Positions 10,379 to 23,692 of a stretch of DNA of 64,000 nt are shown piece by piece (the stretch's first letter is position 1; every line of letters starts with the position of its first letter). This DNA is from Blepharisma stoltei ATCC 30299. Lineage: Eukaryota; Protista; Ciliophora. Under the pieces are notes generated by a model. It did no database searches, was not told where the DNA came from, and was given only the letters and a program-made list of their open reading frames with translations. The translations under genes were made by a program, and so were the position numbers. The stretch is taken from assembly GCA_965603825.1 (NCBI GenBank), contig CBFDEM010000015.1:186001-250000 (forward strand), read 5' to 3'.

Positions 10379-10990
10379 TTAGTTACCGTTACTCAGTCTT
10401 TTCTCTTGTGCTAAAAATGCTTGCACTGCTTGATGATCTACTCCTAATATTGCGATGGCCTCGTCTAGTTTTACAAACCTTCCTTTGATTCGTAATCTAT
10501 TATCTGCAACTTTCTTCCTACAGTCATATGCAATTCTTTTTTTCCATGTCCTATGATTTCTCTTTTCTAAATATCTCAAAATTTTTTTCCTACGCTCCTC
10601 TAAAGTTATAGTGCCTATTATAGTGTTTGGGTTTGCTTCTAAAGGCTTCTCGACATTGACAATATTTTTAGAGGGTTTGGAAATTTTTTTCTTTTTATGA
10701 GACTCAATAGAACACATAGGGAAATTTTCATACTCAATAGGGGTTAAAATTGCATCGAGACCATTCTTTGGAGAGCTAAATTCAAGCAAATTTATGTCTT
10801 CGGAGTCAAAAAACTTGAGATCAAAATTTGGAAGCTAAATAAGTTTTACTTCAGGGATACCGATTGGTGCTGTTAGCAAGTCTACAAAAGAAAATTTACG
10901 TCCTGTTCGATCTTTGTAATCGAAATCTACATTAAGCTCAAACTGATTTATACTATCCATAAAGAAAGACTCATCTGAATTTTCGAGCAT
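10379..10990 (-). CDS. CCT-domain protein (about 198 aa, one 15-nt intron)
   Basis: C-terminal ERRKKILRYLEKRNHRTWKKRIAYDCRKKVADNRLRIKGRFV is a CCT motif. The frame extends to ATG 10990 once intron 10835-10849 is removed. Confidence 0.85.
10835..10849 (-). other. 15-nt spliceosomal intron GTAAAACTTATTTAG
   Basis: GT..AG ends, A at position 10; removal deletes an in-frame TAG. Confidence 0.85.
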
Positions 10991-11274
10991 TGATAAAGAT
11001 TTATAAAAATCGTTAAATATGGATATTTTAATTAATTAAATCTGCCAATTTCCCATAGTCATTTATATTTTTATCAATTAGATTTTTATTAATAGTTGTC
11101 ATTTAACATTACAATTGTTGTAAAAAAATAAAGCCAAAAACTTATGGTTTTTTAAAAATTAATAATGATTATTCAGAATCTAATACAAATAATAATAAGA
11201 AATTGGATTAAATCATTTGGTAATATGGAGCTTTCCATATGAGAATAAAAGAATAATGAATTAAACAATAAAAA

Positions 11275-12954
11275 ATGCAAATTCACGTGCTCACAGAAGA
11301 TAGCCCAGATGTACAAATAACAACTGTTAGACGGAGAGGAGGGATCGTAGATGAAAAGACTTTGGATTTTATTTCAAAACAAATTCCACAGAAATCAGCT
11401 TCTCTATCAATAAAAATTGAGACACTTCCCAGCGAGCTCAGCTTAATTCTCCCTAATGAAAATCTATTAATTCTAAAAAAGAAGCAAACGCTGATATCAG
11501 GATTATCAGCTTTATTATCACTGATTATAATCATTTTTAGCTATTTAGCAGCTGAAGAATACTATTTGCAAGACTACACATTAAGCCCATTCATTACTTC
11601 TTGCCGATTTATAATTATGGCATCGTCCCTCACACAGGATGCTTTGATTTTTTTTTATTATTCAAATCACCTGAGAATTAAAAAGGCATATAAAGAGATA
11701 TCTGAACATACCACACTTTTTGAAGATCCTTACATCAAAAAGCAAATTATTTTTGAGATATTTGTATCAATGCCTTTTATACCGCCTTTTGCTGAGTGGC
11801 ATGGCAAATTTTATCAGTTAAATACTTATGCAAAACTTTCGCTTGATGACTTTTTTTTAGTTTTTTCGTTTTTGAGATTCACTCATGTGGTAAAATTTAT
11901 GTATGAGTTTTCTATTAATAGTAACCCTAAAACGAAATTTTATTGCTCTTTGCAAAATACTAAATCATCAATCAGCTTTACTTTAAAATGAATTATGAGG
12001 ACGGCGAAATTTTTATCCATTTTTGTTGTGTCTGCAGGTGTAACTCTTTTATGTGGGATGCTTCTTAGGACATTTGAAAAAGGAATCCCTGATACGAAAT
12101 TTTCTTATTTTTGAAACTCTTTTTGAAATATTTCTATTACAGAAGCTACAGTTGGCTATGGAGAATATGTTCCACTATCACATCTTGGTAGAATAATATG
12201 CGTTTCAAGTGCAATTTATGGAATGTTTATGTATTCCTTGATAATTATCAATGTAAATGAGAAAGTCAAACTCAGTGATAAAGAACTTTTATTGTACAAA
12301 AGAATGAAATATAAACATAAAATAGCAAGATTTTTAGCTCCTATCTCTGCAAGATTAATACAAAAATGGTGAAGGCTTGATGCTTTAAGGAAAAAGGGAG
12401 TTCCCAGACTTAAGGAAGCCATTGGCTTCCATGTGGAATTGAAAAGGTTTCGGTATGAAAAAACATTGTGGCACAGCAAAATTTCTTCTTCCCTAGAAGA
12501 ACAGATCAGAGATGTAGTCAAAATTTCAAGCACAAAACTAATCGCAATAACAAAATACTTAGAAGGAACTAATAGCTTTCAGCAAATTGGAGGACGTTTT
12601 GTTTCAAACGAATATTCAACGCTGAATAAGCTGCTTTCTTTCAAAACCAAGCTTGAAAAACTAACAAACAAAGAGCCAACCGCCAATAAAAATCGCATTG
12701 TCGCAATTTCTCGATACAGAAAATCTTCCACAGCAAATGCTAGTGGTGATGCCACTCCTAGGCGTCATATGAAAATGCTTGGGGAGCTAGCAGTAAAGAA
12801 AATGATTCAATCGAGAATTGACTCGCATGGGTCTTTTTCAAATATAAGCAATGTTTCAAATCGGTCGTCGAGACGAAGCTCCAATGTCTCTATAAATCAG
12901 TCTTCACGAAGCTCAATTTCTCGTGAAAGTGAAGGGATGGGAGAATCTGTGTAG
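11275..12954 (+). CDS. 6TM potassium channel, small-conductance Ca-activated (SK/KCNN)-like (559 aa)
   Basis: One frame when TGA=W. Multiple TM segments, FLR in the S4-like region, pore NSF[W]NISITEATVGYGEYVPLSHLGR, and post-S6 ISARLIQKW[W]R calmodulin-binding-like segment. Confidence 0.88.
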
Positions 12955-12979
12955 AATAATGTGAAATAATTTAATTATT

Positions 12980-15463
12980 TTAACTAAGTGACATTAAATA
13001 AACATTTTTCCCTTTCACCTTCGTTATCGAAGTGGTAGAAGGTGGAATGACAGGCTTGGAGTTCCCGTACTGAGAAAACTCATCTCGTATGCTTTTAATT
13101 TTTAGGAATGGAGACAATGAGCGGTCCTGCTGAATCGAAGCTATTCTTTGCTGTAAATATCCTTTCTTTTTTCTTGTGAGTAAAGATATTGTTTTTCTCA
13201 TCCCCATACCGTTTATATAAGTAAGCTCAGAAATTTGATTGATTAGTTTTTCTCCAAGACGTCGAGTGGCAGGGTCAAATCTAGAGCCATTAGAAGTGGT
13301 ATCTCCACTATGCCTCCCCAGCTTGGTTATAACGTCTTGAACGGATTTTTTGTAAACTGTGTTTTGGACCTGCTTTATGATGTCAATACTTTTGGAATAT
13401 TTCATAGATTGGCTATCATTTTGTGAGCTTCTATTTCTCTCACTTCGTTGAGTCAGTAAGCTTGGCTCTGGGGTTTGTGATCGTAATTCATATATTGTTG
13501 TCATATTTTTGCTGTTTTTCTCAGGGGAAAACGACTTTTCTTTTTCCATCAAGTTTTCTAGCGTTCTATTCCTTAATTCTCTTCTTTTTTCCATTTCTAA
13601 AATAAACCGTTTTCTGACTTCATTATTTATGAGAGATTTTTCTTCTCTTTTTCTCAAATTTTTTAAATCTTTTTTCCATCCTGTTAGCCCTTTTTTATGA
13701 ATATCTTTTACTTCAGCGTTCAAACTTTTGGTTAAGTCTTGTAACGACGATATATTAAAATCTTGATTGCCTCGAATTTTATTGCGGTATCGGTTATGAT
13801 CAAAAATTTCAGTCTTTTTATAGCTGATTTCTGAGATTTCTGATAATTCGCTTTCAGAGACTGTACTTGAAGAAGAACTGCTTGATGGAGAATATTCAAC
13901 AGAAGGTTGGTCTTCTTCAGAATTTTCAGATGAATATTTATCGTCTCCTATGCATTGCAACTCTCAGCTTGATTCATAAGAATGGCTTCCTACTGCATTT
14001 AGAGTATATGAATGGTGAACTTTATTTTCAATAGATGCGAAGTCAAATTTCTTCAGCATAAGGACTCGGATATTTTTGTCTCAGTTTAGCGGGTCTTCTT
14101 TTCGGGCATCTATATGTGCTCTCATTAATTCGGTAAGCCTATTTCTGGCATTTGATAAACTTATAGCTGTGCTGTGTGGTTGGAATTTTTTTAAAATTGT
14201 AGATTTCATATGGATAAGCTTATAGAGGATATTGTTATTTAGTCGATGATAAAAAACTTTATTTGCTTCTGCACTTGTGTTTTTAAGCTGACTAAGTCTT
14301 CTTAGAGAAACCTCAACAACAAAATCAATTGAATCAATTTTTTCGCTAATCCTAATTTTGCTTACTCTTCTATTTGATTTTTTCACATTATTTACGAACT
14401 TATTTTCTTTTTTTTGCTCACATAAAACCTGTAGAAACGCAGAAACTGACTTCCCTAAAGAATATGCTTGCTTTAGTTTATCATAATTTGTGCTTTTTAA
14501 GGACACTTGGCTAAGGATATTACTAATTGGTAAGCAGCTTTGGTCAGATGTTTGCAATTGTGCTGGAAATTTGGTTATATAAGTGTTGAGTTTTGACAGC
14601 TCTTCGTTTAGTTTATTTTCTTGCCTTGAAATTTTGTCAATAAATCCTGCAAAAGTGTCATCATTAAAGAGCAAAGTTTTATTTACACCAACAATATGAT
14701 CTAAAATTTTTATCTTGATATTAGCTTGACCTATAATAGTCTTGAATATTTTATCAATCTTTTCCAACGTCAGCTTTAAATAAAGCAGCACTTTTTGCAA
14801 ATTATTAAAATTAGCAAGCACCTGAGCATTATAATTAAATACATCAATTACATGCTGCACACTTTTTTTACACACATGGGCTCCTCTCAATTGTAATTTT
14901 GTACAGCTAAATGATATTTCAGCCTGCTCTTTGCATACATGAGAACTTATAGAATTGTTAAACAATACTTTTGGAGTCCTAAATAGATTTTTATCGATAA
15001 CTTCCTCATTATTTCCTTCTTCTTTTCATATTAATTGTGAATATTGAATTCTGCACTCATTTGCAATCTCTTGAGACTTCGATGTCAATTTTTCTTTTTC
15101 TTCTGAAATAAAATCATTTAATATAAAATACACTTTATTTATTTCATTTTGACAAGAAAATAAAATTTTTCAAGTTCAGTTTAACTGCTCATCTATTTCC
15201 TGAGCTAGGGTATGAAGTGTCATTATGCTTCTGCTCAGTTTATTTTCACAATTAGCAGATTTGCCTAATGCTTCTTTTATTTGTTCGATATCATCTTTAT
15301 TGTTTTCTGCAAAGACTCTATCATTTTCAGCAATCGTTAACAGGTAAGTCAATTCTTGAGAAAATTGGTGGATCTGTACAATATAGCTATCAAACTTAGG
15401 CTGCAATTTAGCAGAAATTGTATTGAAAACGTAATGATCTCTATGTTTTTGTTTTTCTTCCAT
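12980..15463 (-). CDS. Hypothetical helical/coiled-coil protein (827 aa)
   Basis: Three track ORFs (15176-15463, 14081-14965, 12980-13960) are in the same frame and separated only by TGA codons; the gaps contain no TAA/TAG. Confidence 0.8.
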
Positions 15464-15510
15464 TTAATTATCCATTTTAAGAATCGATTAAAAAGCCTAA
15501 ACATAATGCT

Positions 15511-16023
15511 CTATTCAGAATCTAGATTCTCGTTGTTGCTATTTCGTCTGATGATTTCTCTGAAAAAAATAAACTCCCCACTCAAAGCTTTTCTAAACCC
15601 ATCTTGGACCTCGTCAGAGTCCATGCTTATATGGAGTTCAGGGATCCCTAACATGCTAATTATATCTTGTCTAGAAGTAATCTGCTCAATCATATCATGC
15701 GGCAATTCTTCATTTTCGATATTTTGCAATTGCTCAACAAAGGAGTCGATTTTTGTGATACTTTCGTTTAAAAGCTGCTGGAATCTTAAGGTCTCTTCAG
15801 TCACAGCAGTGATAATGTCTTCTTTTATCATTGAAATTCTATTCTGCATGACGGTGTTAAAAACAATTACTTTTTCTTTGACGATTTCCATTACGGTCAT
15901 GAAAATCACAGTTTCTGGGTCTTTCTGGAGCCTGTCAAGACAGGCTTGGCATCTGTTTTGGGAAGGCCGGATTAAGCCTCCACAGTCGACACATCTATTA
16001 ATAGTGATTTCTATACTGTTCAT
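15511..16023 (-). CDS. Hypothetical protein with N-terminal CxxC...CxxC zinc ribbon (170 aa)
   Basis: CVDC...CQAC followed by a helical region; ends TAG. Confidence 0.7.
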   Translation of the reverse strand: MNSIEITINRCVDCGGLIRPSQNRCQACLDRLQKDPETVIFMTVMEIVKEKVIVFNTVMQNRISMIKEDIITAVTEETLRFQQLLNESITKIDSFVEQLQNIENEELPHDMIEQITSRQDIISMLGIPELHISMDSDEVQDGFRKALSGEFIFFREIIRRNSNNENLDSE

Positions 16024-16031
16024 AATATTTA

Positions 16032-18908
16032 TTATTTACAAAAGAATCGACTGCACTTAGGCAGAAGCGAAAATAGTGTGCTTTCTATGCAAATACATTT
16101 AGACTCTTCATCTATCAATCGATATCCGACCCACACAGAATCAGGAACTGTAGGATTCTTTACTTTTTGCATTAGCCCTCTAAGGTAATTTTCATATTCT
16201 TCTTTAGACTCTTTCCAATTACTCAGCTTTGTAAGTCTCCATTTAAACTCCTCGATTTTTTTATTAATAGTGTTAGCCAGTCCTTGAAGATGCCCAATTG
16301 AGCCTTTCTCATGAGAAATTTGAGAAAACTTGTTAAGACTTTCAGGAGTAAAGATTTGATGGAGAAAAGTCAGGTGAGAAAAATTTTCAAAAGACAAAGC
16401 TTTTACTTCTTCATCGTGCTCTCCTGTAAAAACTTCAGCAAACTTGTCAAATAGCTCTAATGCATATTTTTCAGTTATTTTGGTAGCAGCTATATGCTTC
16501 ACTAGTAAACTAAATTCCACAAATTCTAAAAATCCGTCACCATTAAAATCAGCTGCATCATATATGCATTTAATGAAATTTATCCGGATTTTTCTTTTTT
16601 TTTCGATTCTGGCTATGATTTGTTCAAAGTAACTGTCAAAATCAATCGAAATTTGTTTGTCGTTTTTCTTTAATTTTTCTAAATCTCTTTTAAGGTCTTC
16701 GTTTTCTTCTTTACTTAGCCTGTCCTGCCAAAATTGTTTGTGGTACTCAATTGCTTTATCAAATGGAACTGTCACAATTTCTGAGTAATCAGCTTGTGTA
16801 TCTCTATAAAATCCTGCCTTCATAAAATTTAAGCAGTCAGCATATACCACTAAATCATCATTTGACAGCTCGTCATAAAGCCCTAAAAACCGTCCAAAAA
16901 TATAAATTCTCTTGATAGTCTTATATTTGATACAAGATGCTAAAAGCTGCTTATATTTTGTTTCTACCACTTTTGGCATCCCATATTTATGATTAAATGT
17001 ATCTATAACGATATCTGGCATATGCATAGATCTGGGATCAGGATCATTTTTTTTTGTGATAGTAATATCATAAAACTGTGTAATAAACCTAAGCAGCATC
17101 TTTTTTATCATTACGTGTTTTAGCTTGAAAGTTGGAGTATTCAAGACTTTATAAGTAATTTGTTTTGCTATGTTGTTTTGGACGACTTTTTTAGGAATTT
17201 TAACTTTCTGAATGTTATTGTATAATCGATTTCGGCCACTTGTAGATTCTGCAGCTGCTTCAAGCTCAAGTGGGGCTTCTTTTTCTTGTAGCTTTTCCCG
17301 GCCTTTGACAAATGCTTTAGAAATTGATTTTAGTAATGATTGGGCAAATGGATTGTCATGAGTATTAGCGCTTGCAGCAAAATTTTCTTTCATTTTCTCT
17401 ATCAAGCCATTAACCTGGTCAATTTTTTCTTGGAAGTTTAAAATAAACACTTTTTGCTCTTCAGAAATTTTTCCTTGTTTTTCCAAATCTATCTCATCAT
17501 TCTCTTCTTCCTCCTCTTCATCCTCTTCATCCTCCTCATATATCTCATTCCTTTTCTGAGCAATTATATCGACCAGCTTAAAATTCGAACTTTTCTTTAG
17601 CTCCAATACAGGAATAGGTGGTGGCTTAAAATATTTTTCTCCACAAGACTCTCCACATAGCTCAGTCACTTCAGTTTGCTGTCCTTCTTCATTAACCAAA
17701 ACTCTTACATCAATCCCTACGTCCTTATAATCAAGTTTTGCAAATAATTCTTTTTCATACTCACTGTTTTTTCTAATACTTTCCACAATTTTTTCAGGCT
17801 CTCCATACTCCATTAGACTTACTTTATTAATAAGTGGGTCTTTCATCAAAATTTCGTCAATGTCATCTACTTTTTTCCTTTTTATTTTTAGCACCCTTTT
17901 AGGTTTAAGCTCAATAACTCCGTCAGGTCTCTCTACAAATTCTACATCAGAGTTATTCAGCTTTGCTTGTAGCACCCTATTGTCTTCTTTTAAATATAAA
18001 ACTTCTTTTTTAGTAGTCTCATACTGTTTTTGTAAAATATCTAGCTTTTTAATGAGCCTTTCTTCTCTTCTCGTCATCCTATCTATTTCGTCCCCTTTTG
18101 TCTTAATAATTCTCTGTAGTTTTTCATTTTCAATAAAAAATTTGTCTTTTTCTTTTACCATCCTTGTCTTTTCTATTACAAAATTGGCGTGGATTTCTTC
18201 TTTTTCATGCAAAAATTGTTGGGATTGGACTAAAAGTTTGACGTTTACAATTCTTAACGCCCTTTCGAGAATCCTTAAGTAAGCTTTTCACACCCTATTA
18301 ATAAGTTCTCCTCTTTCTACACACTGGACACTGACCTGCCTTACTATTTCGTGAAAGCATACATTATAAATTAATAATGCGCCTTCAAAAAGGGCTTCAA
18401 TGTCCTCATTTTGTTCACTCAAAACCTGTTTTAGCATCATGTCCAGTCAGTCAGCTAAGGCTTGAACATCTTTTCTCCTCACAGGCATGCCTAGTTCAAG
18501 CCTTTCCACTTCTTCAGACTCGTTACTTTTACTATTATCGCTTACCACTTCTTTCAATTTATCAATTGAAGTCGGCAGTTTGAATGTCTTAGACCCTTTT
18601 AAAACACCCAAAGTTTCCATCAAATCATTTATTTTTTCTCTGTTTGTGCTTTTTTTATATGTAGGAGACCTTTCTTCGTCAGGAATATCTGATTTTTGCC
18701 TTTCATGGCTGATTTTATTTTTTGCAAACTCAGACATTATATTGGTTTTTATAGCAATTGGGGTGATTGAATGTTTTAAGGATCTTGAACTTGTGAGGTC
18801 TGGGAGAGTTGGAGTGTGAAAGATGCGATTTTTATCGAAGATGTCAGCAAGGTCGCCTTGTGGAGTGGAGTGGGTTCTTGATGTCATGGAAGGCTTTTTA
18901 TGAATCAT
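16032..18908 (-). CDS. Axonemal dynein light chain-domain protein with coiled coil and C-terminal EF-hand (about 958 aa)
   Basis: With TGA=W: RKDVQALAD[W]LDMML...IYNVCFHEIVRQVSVQCVERGELINRV[W] resembles the p28-type axonemal dynein light chain domain; DFNGDGFLEFVEF is an EF-hand. Start at MIHKK is inferred. Confidence 0.78.
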
Positions 18909-18990
18909 GCTGATTATTATCAATATTATTAAGAAATAAGCCAGTAACAAAAATTTTGAAAAACATGATTTTTTCATTATAACTCTTATA

Positions 18991-21900
18991 ATGGAAAATA
19001 TCAAGGAAGTTATTTCTAAAGCTAATTATTTGAAAAGCCGTAATCAGCAAGACGAAGCCTTAGAAGTCCTCGAAGAAGCTTTCAATCGATTTAGAAGTTC
19101 TCACTATGAAACATGGGAAATTGCGAAACTTCTTGCTGAGATGTACTTAACCAATTCCGAACTATTCGACCAATCAGGACTGGTAGCTCCTGCATTTGAG
19201 CAGCTTCAAAAAGCGTTAAAAATTACTAATCCAAGCCCTCTTCAGCGATGAAAAGAGCGCATTGATTGGCAACTTCTAAGAATCAGCATCTACACCACCT
19301 TAGCCGAACATTATAGAAGGTATCTTTCAAGTAGAGAATTGGTGATCTACCAAACGAAGCAAAAATGTGACAGAGCTCAATCAAAATAGAAGAAAAACTC
19401 CCAAAAGACGTCTCAGCGCTCCGACAAAAGCACAACTCAGAACTCGCTTTAGCAATCTCGTTAACCAAGCTAGGGCAGTTTGAAGAAGCTGAAATATATG
19501 CCCAGCGAGCCATTCTGAACTTAGAAAGAGAGCTGCATATAAATAAATCAATCCCTGTCGAGCAAAATATATGCCCTTCGAAGCTTCCAAAAGCAGTTGC
19601 CAATTTCAAGCTCCAAATGCAAAGCTTATGTCTAGCTTATCATCATTTAGGGACTATTAGACTACACAGAAATCAGTTTAGAAAAGCCGCCCCTTTACTA
19701 ACCGATGCCTATTCCTTAGCCAGAAAATTTTTAAAAGACAAAGATTTGCTAAAAATAATCGCAAGAGATTTAGCAAGACTTCAAGATCCTCCTCAAGTAT
19801 CATCCCAAAACAGGATAAATACAGGAAATTCCAATTTGTCATCAAGTAAACTAACTTCATCAAGGAGTGCTTTACCTAAGGCACCTCAGCTCCCTACAAA
19901 AATAACTGATGAAAAGAAACTTTTGGCTGAAATTTTTGGGGATTCCAAAAAAAAGAAGAAAAAAGGCAAAAATGACGGGAAATTGATGAGGCTGCCCAGT
20001 GCAAAAACTTTTTTGCAGCCTGATATGGAAACTTTAAGGAAAACCTCAAAATCTTCATTTGAAGAAAAAAATTCATTTCCATCGATTTCTTTTAACTCTC
20101 GGAGTGCTTCTGAAGATAACCCAACGTCGAGAGTTTCGTCACGTGCTAATTTAGATGTAAAAAGTTTGGAGAATGAAGAGTTTGCAGACCATTTGTCAAT
20201 CCCTGAATTTTCTATAGAAGACCATGTGCCGATGGTCCCGACGACTAAATCTGTTTCTCAGTTCAGGACATTGGAAAGGGCGGCTGCTATAAGGCTGCAG
20301 AAAAATATCAGAGGATTCATAGCAAGGGCGAAGTACCAGAAAATGCTTGAGGATAGAGCACTGAGGTCAATAGCAAAAGACTCATTTAGTAAAGAAATTT
20401 TGGAGACGAGGTCTGATGTAAAAGAAAATCCATTAGATACGGACCATGAGCCACATTTTAAAACATTCCCTGAAAGAGAGTCACCAGCCAGAGCTATTTT
20501 GAAAAAGGTGAAGCAAGCTGAAACTGACCCAAATCAGTTTTCATCTCCTTTTGAAGGCAGCGTCATGATAAATCTTGGGTCTCCTGAAGCTTTTACTCCA
20601 AAAATCCGCCGCAGAGCTAAGCCAGAAGACTATTTAAGCTTAGAAAGACCAGAAATTACCCTTTACAAGCATATGAATAAAATGCCTTTTCAATGGACTG
20701 TAAGGGTGGCTGGGATAACTCCTCAAGAGCAAGATGTGTCGTTACTCATAGATATCATCGGAATAGGGGAAGCATGGACTGATAACCTATACCATAATGT
20801 TTCTTTTACCTTTAACCCAGAGCTCTACCAAGATCATAGAGTAATGGTGCCCTTTGAGTTCGAAACTATATGGCCAGTCGTTCAATCTGCCCTGGAAAGC
20901 TGAAATGCCATACAACAAGAAGCAGAATCCAGCTTCCAGGAAAGCAGCTTGAGGTCTGACAGCGATGCTTCAGGGTCAAGAATAAAGAGTGAAAGTGGAG
21001 TTGACATTACGCAGCAAGACTCTGTTGATGAAGCTGCTATAGATAACGTAAAATCACTGGTTGAAAGCTTATTAGACGAAGCTTCTGTTGTAAATTCTAA
21101 TACGGGGACTAGGCTTTCACTTGTAAAAGAAGCTCAAGTACAGTTTAAGACTGAGGAGACCTTAATTGATTACTCAAAGTATTTAAAAGTCAAAGACGGG
21201 GTCATTAAAAATATATTTATGCTTCTAGAGCATCAGTCTCATGACAGTTCTTTAGACAGAAATAAAAACCTAGAGTGGCTGGAGTCACAAATGGACGGAA
21301 AAGTGCTAGAAAAAGGGCTAATTTCATTAGAAGGGACTGGTGTTTTATTCATGGTGTTATCAGTGTCAACTGATTTTGAAACCATTTTAAAAGACTATGA
21401 AGACATGGGAAATACAAGCTTCAATAGCTATTTAATGCTGAAATTACAAGCAATTAATTCTAATTGGGATGACTCAATTCCATTGACTTGAGAAGACCTT
21501 GATAATTTTTTCACAAGTGTTGGATTTTCATTCCACATCCCTTATACATTTTATATGAAAATGCTGCCTATTGAGGCTAAAGAAGTCCTTTACAATGAAC
21601 TTCCCAATGCACTTTCTATACAAGATTCAAGAATTGTGATAAATTTAGACTACAAGCCAGAAAAGCTTACAGAAGACCCTGATATTTCTATAAATAAAAC
21701 AATAGAATGCCTTATTGAGTCATCAAAAGCTACCCCAATGAAGTCGACAACTAAAGACTGAATTGAAAGTCAGCTCCCTGAAAACCTCCAAACCCAATCT
21801 CCTAAAGGAGAAACCAGCTTTGACAGTATTTCTATGACAGAGCCTTTACTGCTTATAGATCGAACCAAATTAATTGGCGAAAAAGATGATTTACACTTCA

Positions 21901-23642
21901 AAATGAGCATTCTCCCCAGTAAAAAAATTTTAGCTGAGGCCAAGCCAATCCATTCAGACGAAATTTATACCCATGTAATCAAAGATGACGCAAAGATAGA
22001 AAAAATAATCAGGGTCTGTGAACAAGGAGAAGACCTTGCCAAATGTATGCTCCAAACTGATTTAAAAATACTTAGCACTTTGACTGGAAAAGTCCTGGCA
22101 GACTCAAGCAGCAAAATAAAAGGTTACACAGGTGGCTATAAAGCAGTTAAAATTATAGGGAATGAGCGGTATTTAATAAGTCTTGTGAATAACGATAAAC
22201 AGTCAAGGATTATTTTATATTCCACAAAAGATGGCAAGCAGTTTGATATTTCCTTTACAGAAAATGATATAAGGAAAAATTTCCCAAATTTACAGCTAGA
22301 TTTTAGCACAGCAATAGAATTAGAAAAAAACTTTTTTTCTCCATTAGTAGAAAAAATTGATTTATTCAGGACAAAACTTGGGATTATTTCAGCTTGGAAA
22401 ATTGAAGAGCAGAGAAAAGGAAATTTAGCAGTCGAAAAAACTGACCAAAGCCCAGCGACAGGAACAATAAACGCTTTTAAATTTTCTGATTTTGAGAATA
22501 CCAAAAATTACATTATTTTAAGGGCGAAACCTACATTAGAAGCATATATTTCATCCGCGCTAAAAGAAGAGCCTACATCTTTAATGGAATCTAATCTACA
22601 AGAACACGTTGTCTTACAAAGGGCTAAAAATGTGACTGGTCAAATGGCATTAATTTCTGTAACAAGGCTTTACACCTTAGAAGAATGGAGAATTTATTTG
22701 CACTTTTTCAGGACCTCAAGGACTTTTGTATGCAAATTATATGACTCTGATATGTTTAATTTATCTGAAGATGCATTGTCAAAAGATTATCAAGATCAAG
22801 AACATATTGTAAATAAAGCAACAGTCAGCAACCGTGCGTGGGAAATAATATTAAATGAGTGCAGTTTTGAGCCGCATGAACACTTAGACTTGATTTTTCA
22901 CTTTGACAACATTGTTGCCCCAATGAGAGAAGTAATTTACCTTCAGCACATGAAGCAGTTCGGGCAGCTTTATTATTTTGAAGTTTTCATTAAAAGCGAA
23001 AACCAATATTTAAGCAACTTCCAGACCATAAAAAGTATAAAAGAAGCTGAAAATCTGCTGCTGACCTTTAGAGCTTATTCTTTTGAAAAAAGAGTCTGGG
23101 TCAAAGCAGGGCTGAGACTTGACGAGTGCTTATTTATGCTAATGAATGAAGGGTTTTTGGATGAAGGGATACTTTTAAGCACACATATAAAATACTCAGA
23201 AATCCAACTATATGCAGGGATGCTGTGCAGGATTGTAAAAATGAAAAGCAAGCAGCATGAATTTCGACAAAAAATTCTGCCTGAAATGGCGATTTCTGAA
23301 GAAGGATCAAGCTTCGAGCTGTTTGAAGATGACCATAAAATGAAGGAACAACACTCAGTGTCTTCCATTTATGAAAAAGATGAATTATTATACCAACATC
23401 TTTACTCAACAGTTCCCACTATTATTGTGAGTGTTTATTTTAACTCTCTTTTAGATGAATTTGTGCTAAAGGTTTATAAGGCAAAAGATTGCTCTATATT
23501 TAGGCAGCCGTTCCCTAAAAAGACTGTATATAAAGAAGTTCCCTTTAGTGATACTTTTTTGAAGCAAAAAGCACATCAGACGTTAGGGAAAAGGATATTA
23601 GAAACGTTCATGCAGAGAGTTATTGGAAGCTTAGCTGAATAA
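18991..23642 (+). CDS. Large TPR-repeat plus IQ-motif protein (about 1544 aa; needs one 17-nt intron)
   Basis: Five track ORFs joined via TGA=W. TPR-like helices (LAEHYRRIGDLPNEAKM, LAISLTKLGQFEEAEIYAQRA, AYHHLGTI..A..A) and IQ motif AAIRLQKNIRGFIAR. The frame change near 19320 is resolved by intron 19320-19336. Confidence 0.78.
19320..19336 (+). other. Candidate 17-nt intron GTATCTTTCAAGTAGAG (tandem TAG/AG acceptors)
   Basis: The upstream and downstream frames differ by 2. Only the distal AG restores the TPR-like frame; the 15-nt form runs into a TAG near 19387. Confidence 0.65.
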
Positions 23643-23692
23643 ATGTTTGGATTATTTATTTTAAAAAAAATTAAACAGAATTTAAAGTTACC

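Noticed and set aside
10882-10899. Possible 18-nt intron GTAAATTTTCTTTTGTAG in the CCT gene
   Set aside because: It lacks the A at position 10 or -6, has no stop and is not needed for the frame; cannot be supported without RNA data.
15646-15653. CCCTAACA, a heterotrich telomere-like unit
   Set aside because: Single copy inside a coding region; no tandem array, so no telomere or breakage site is supported.
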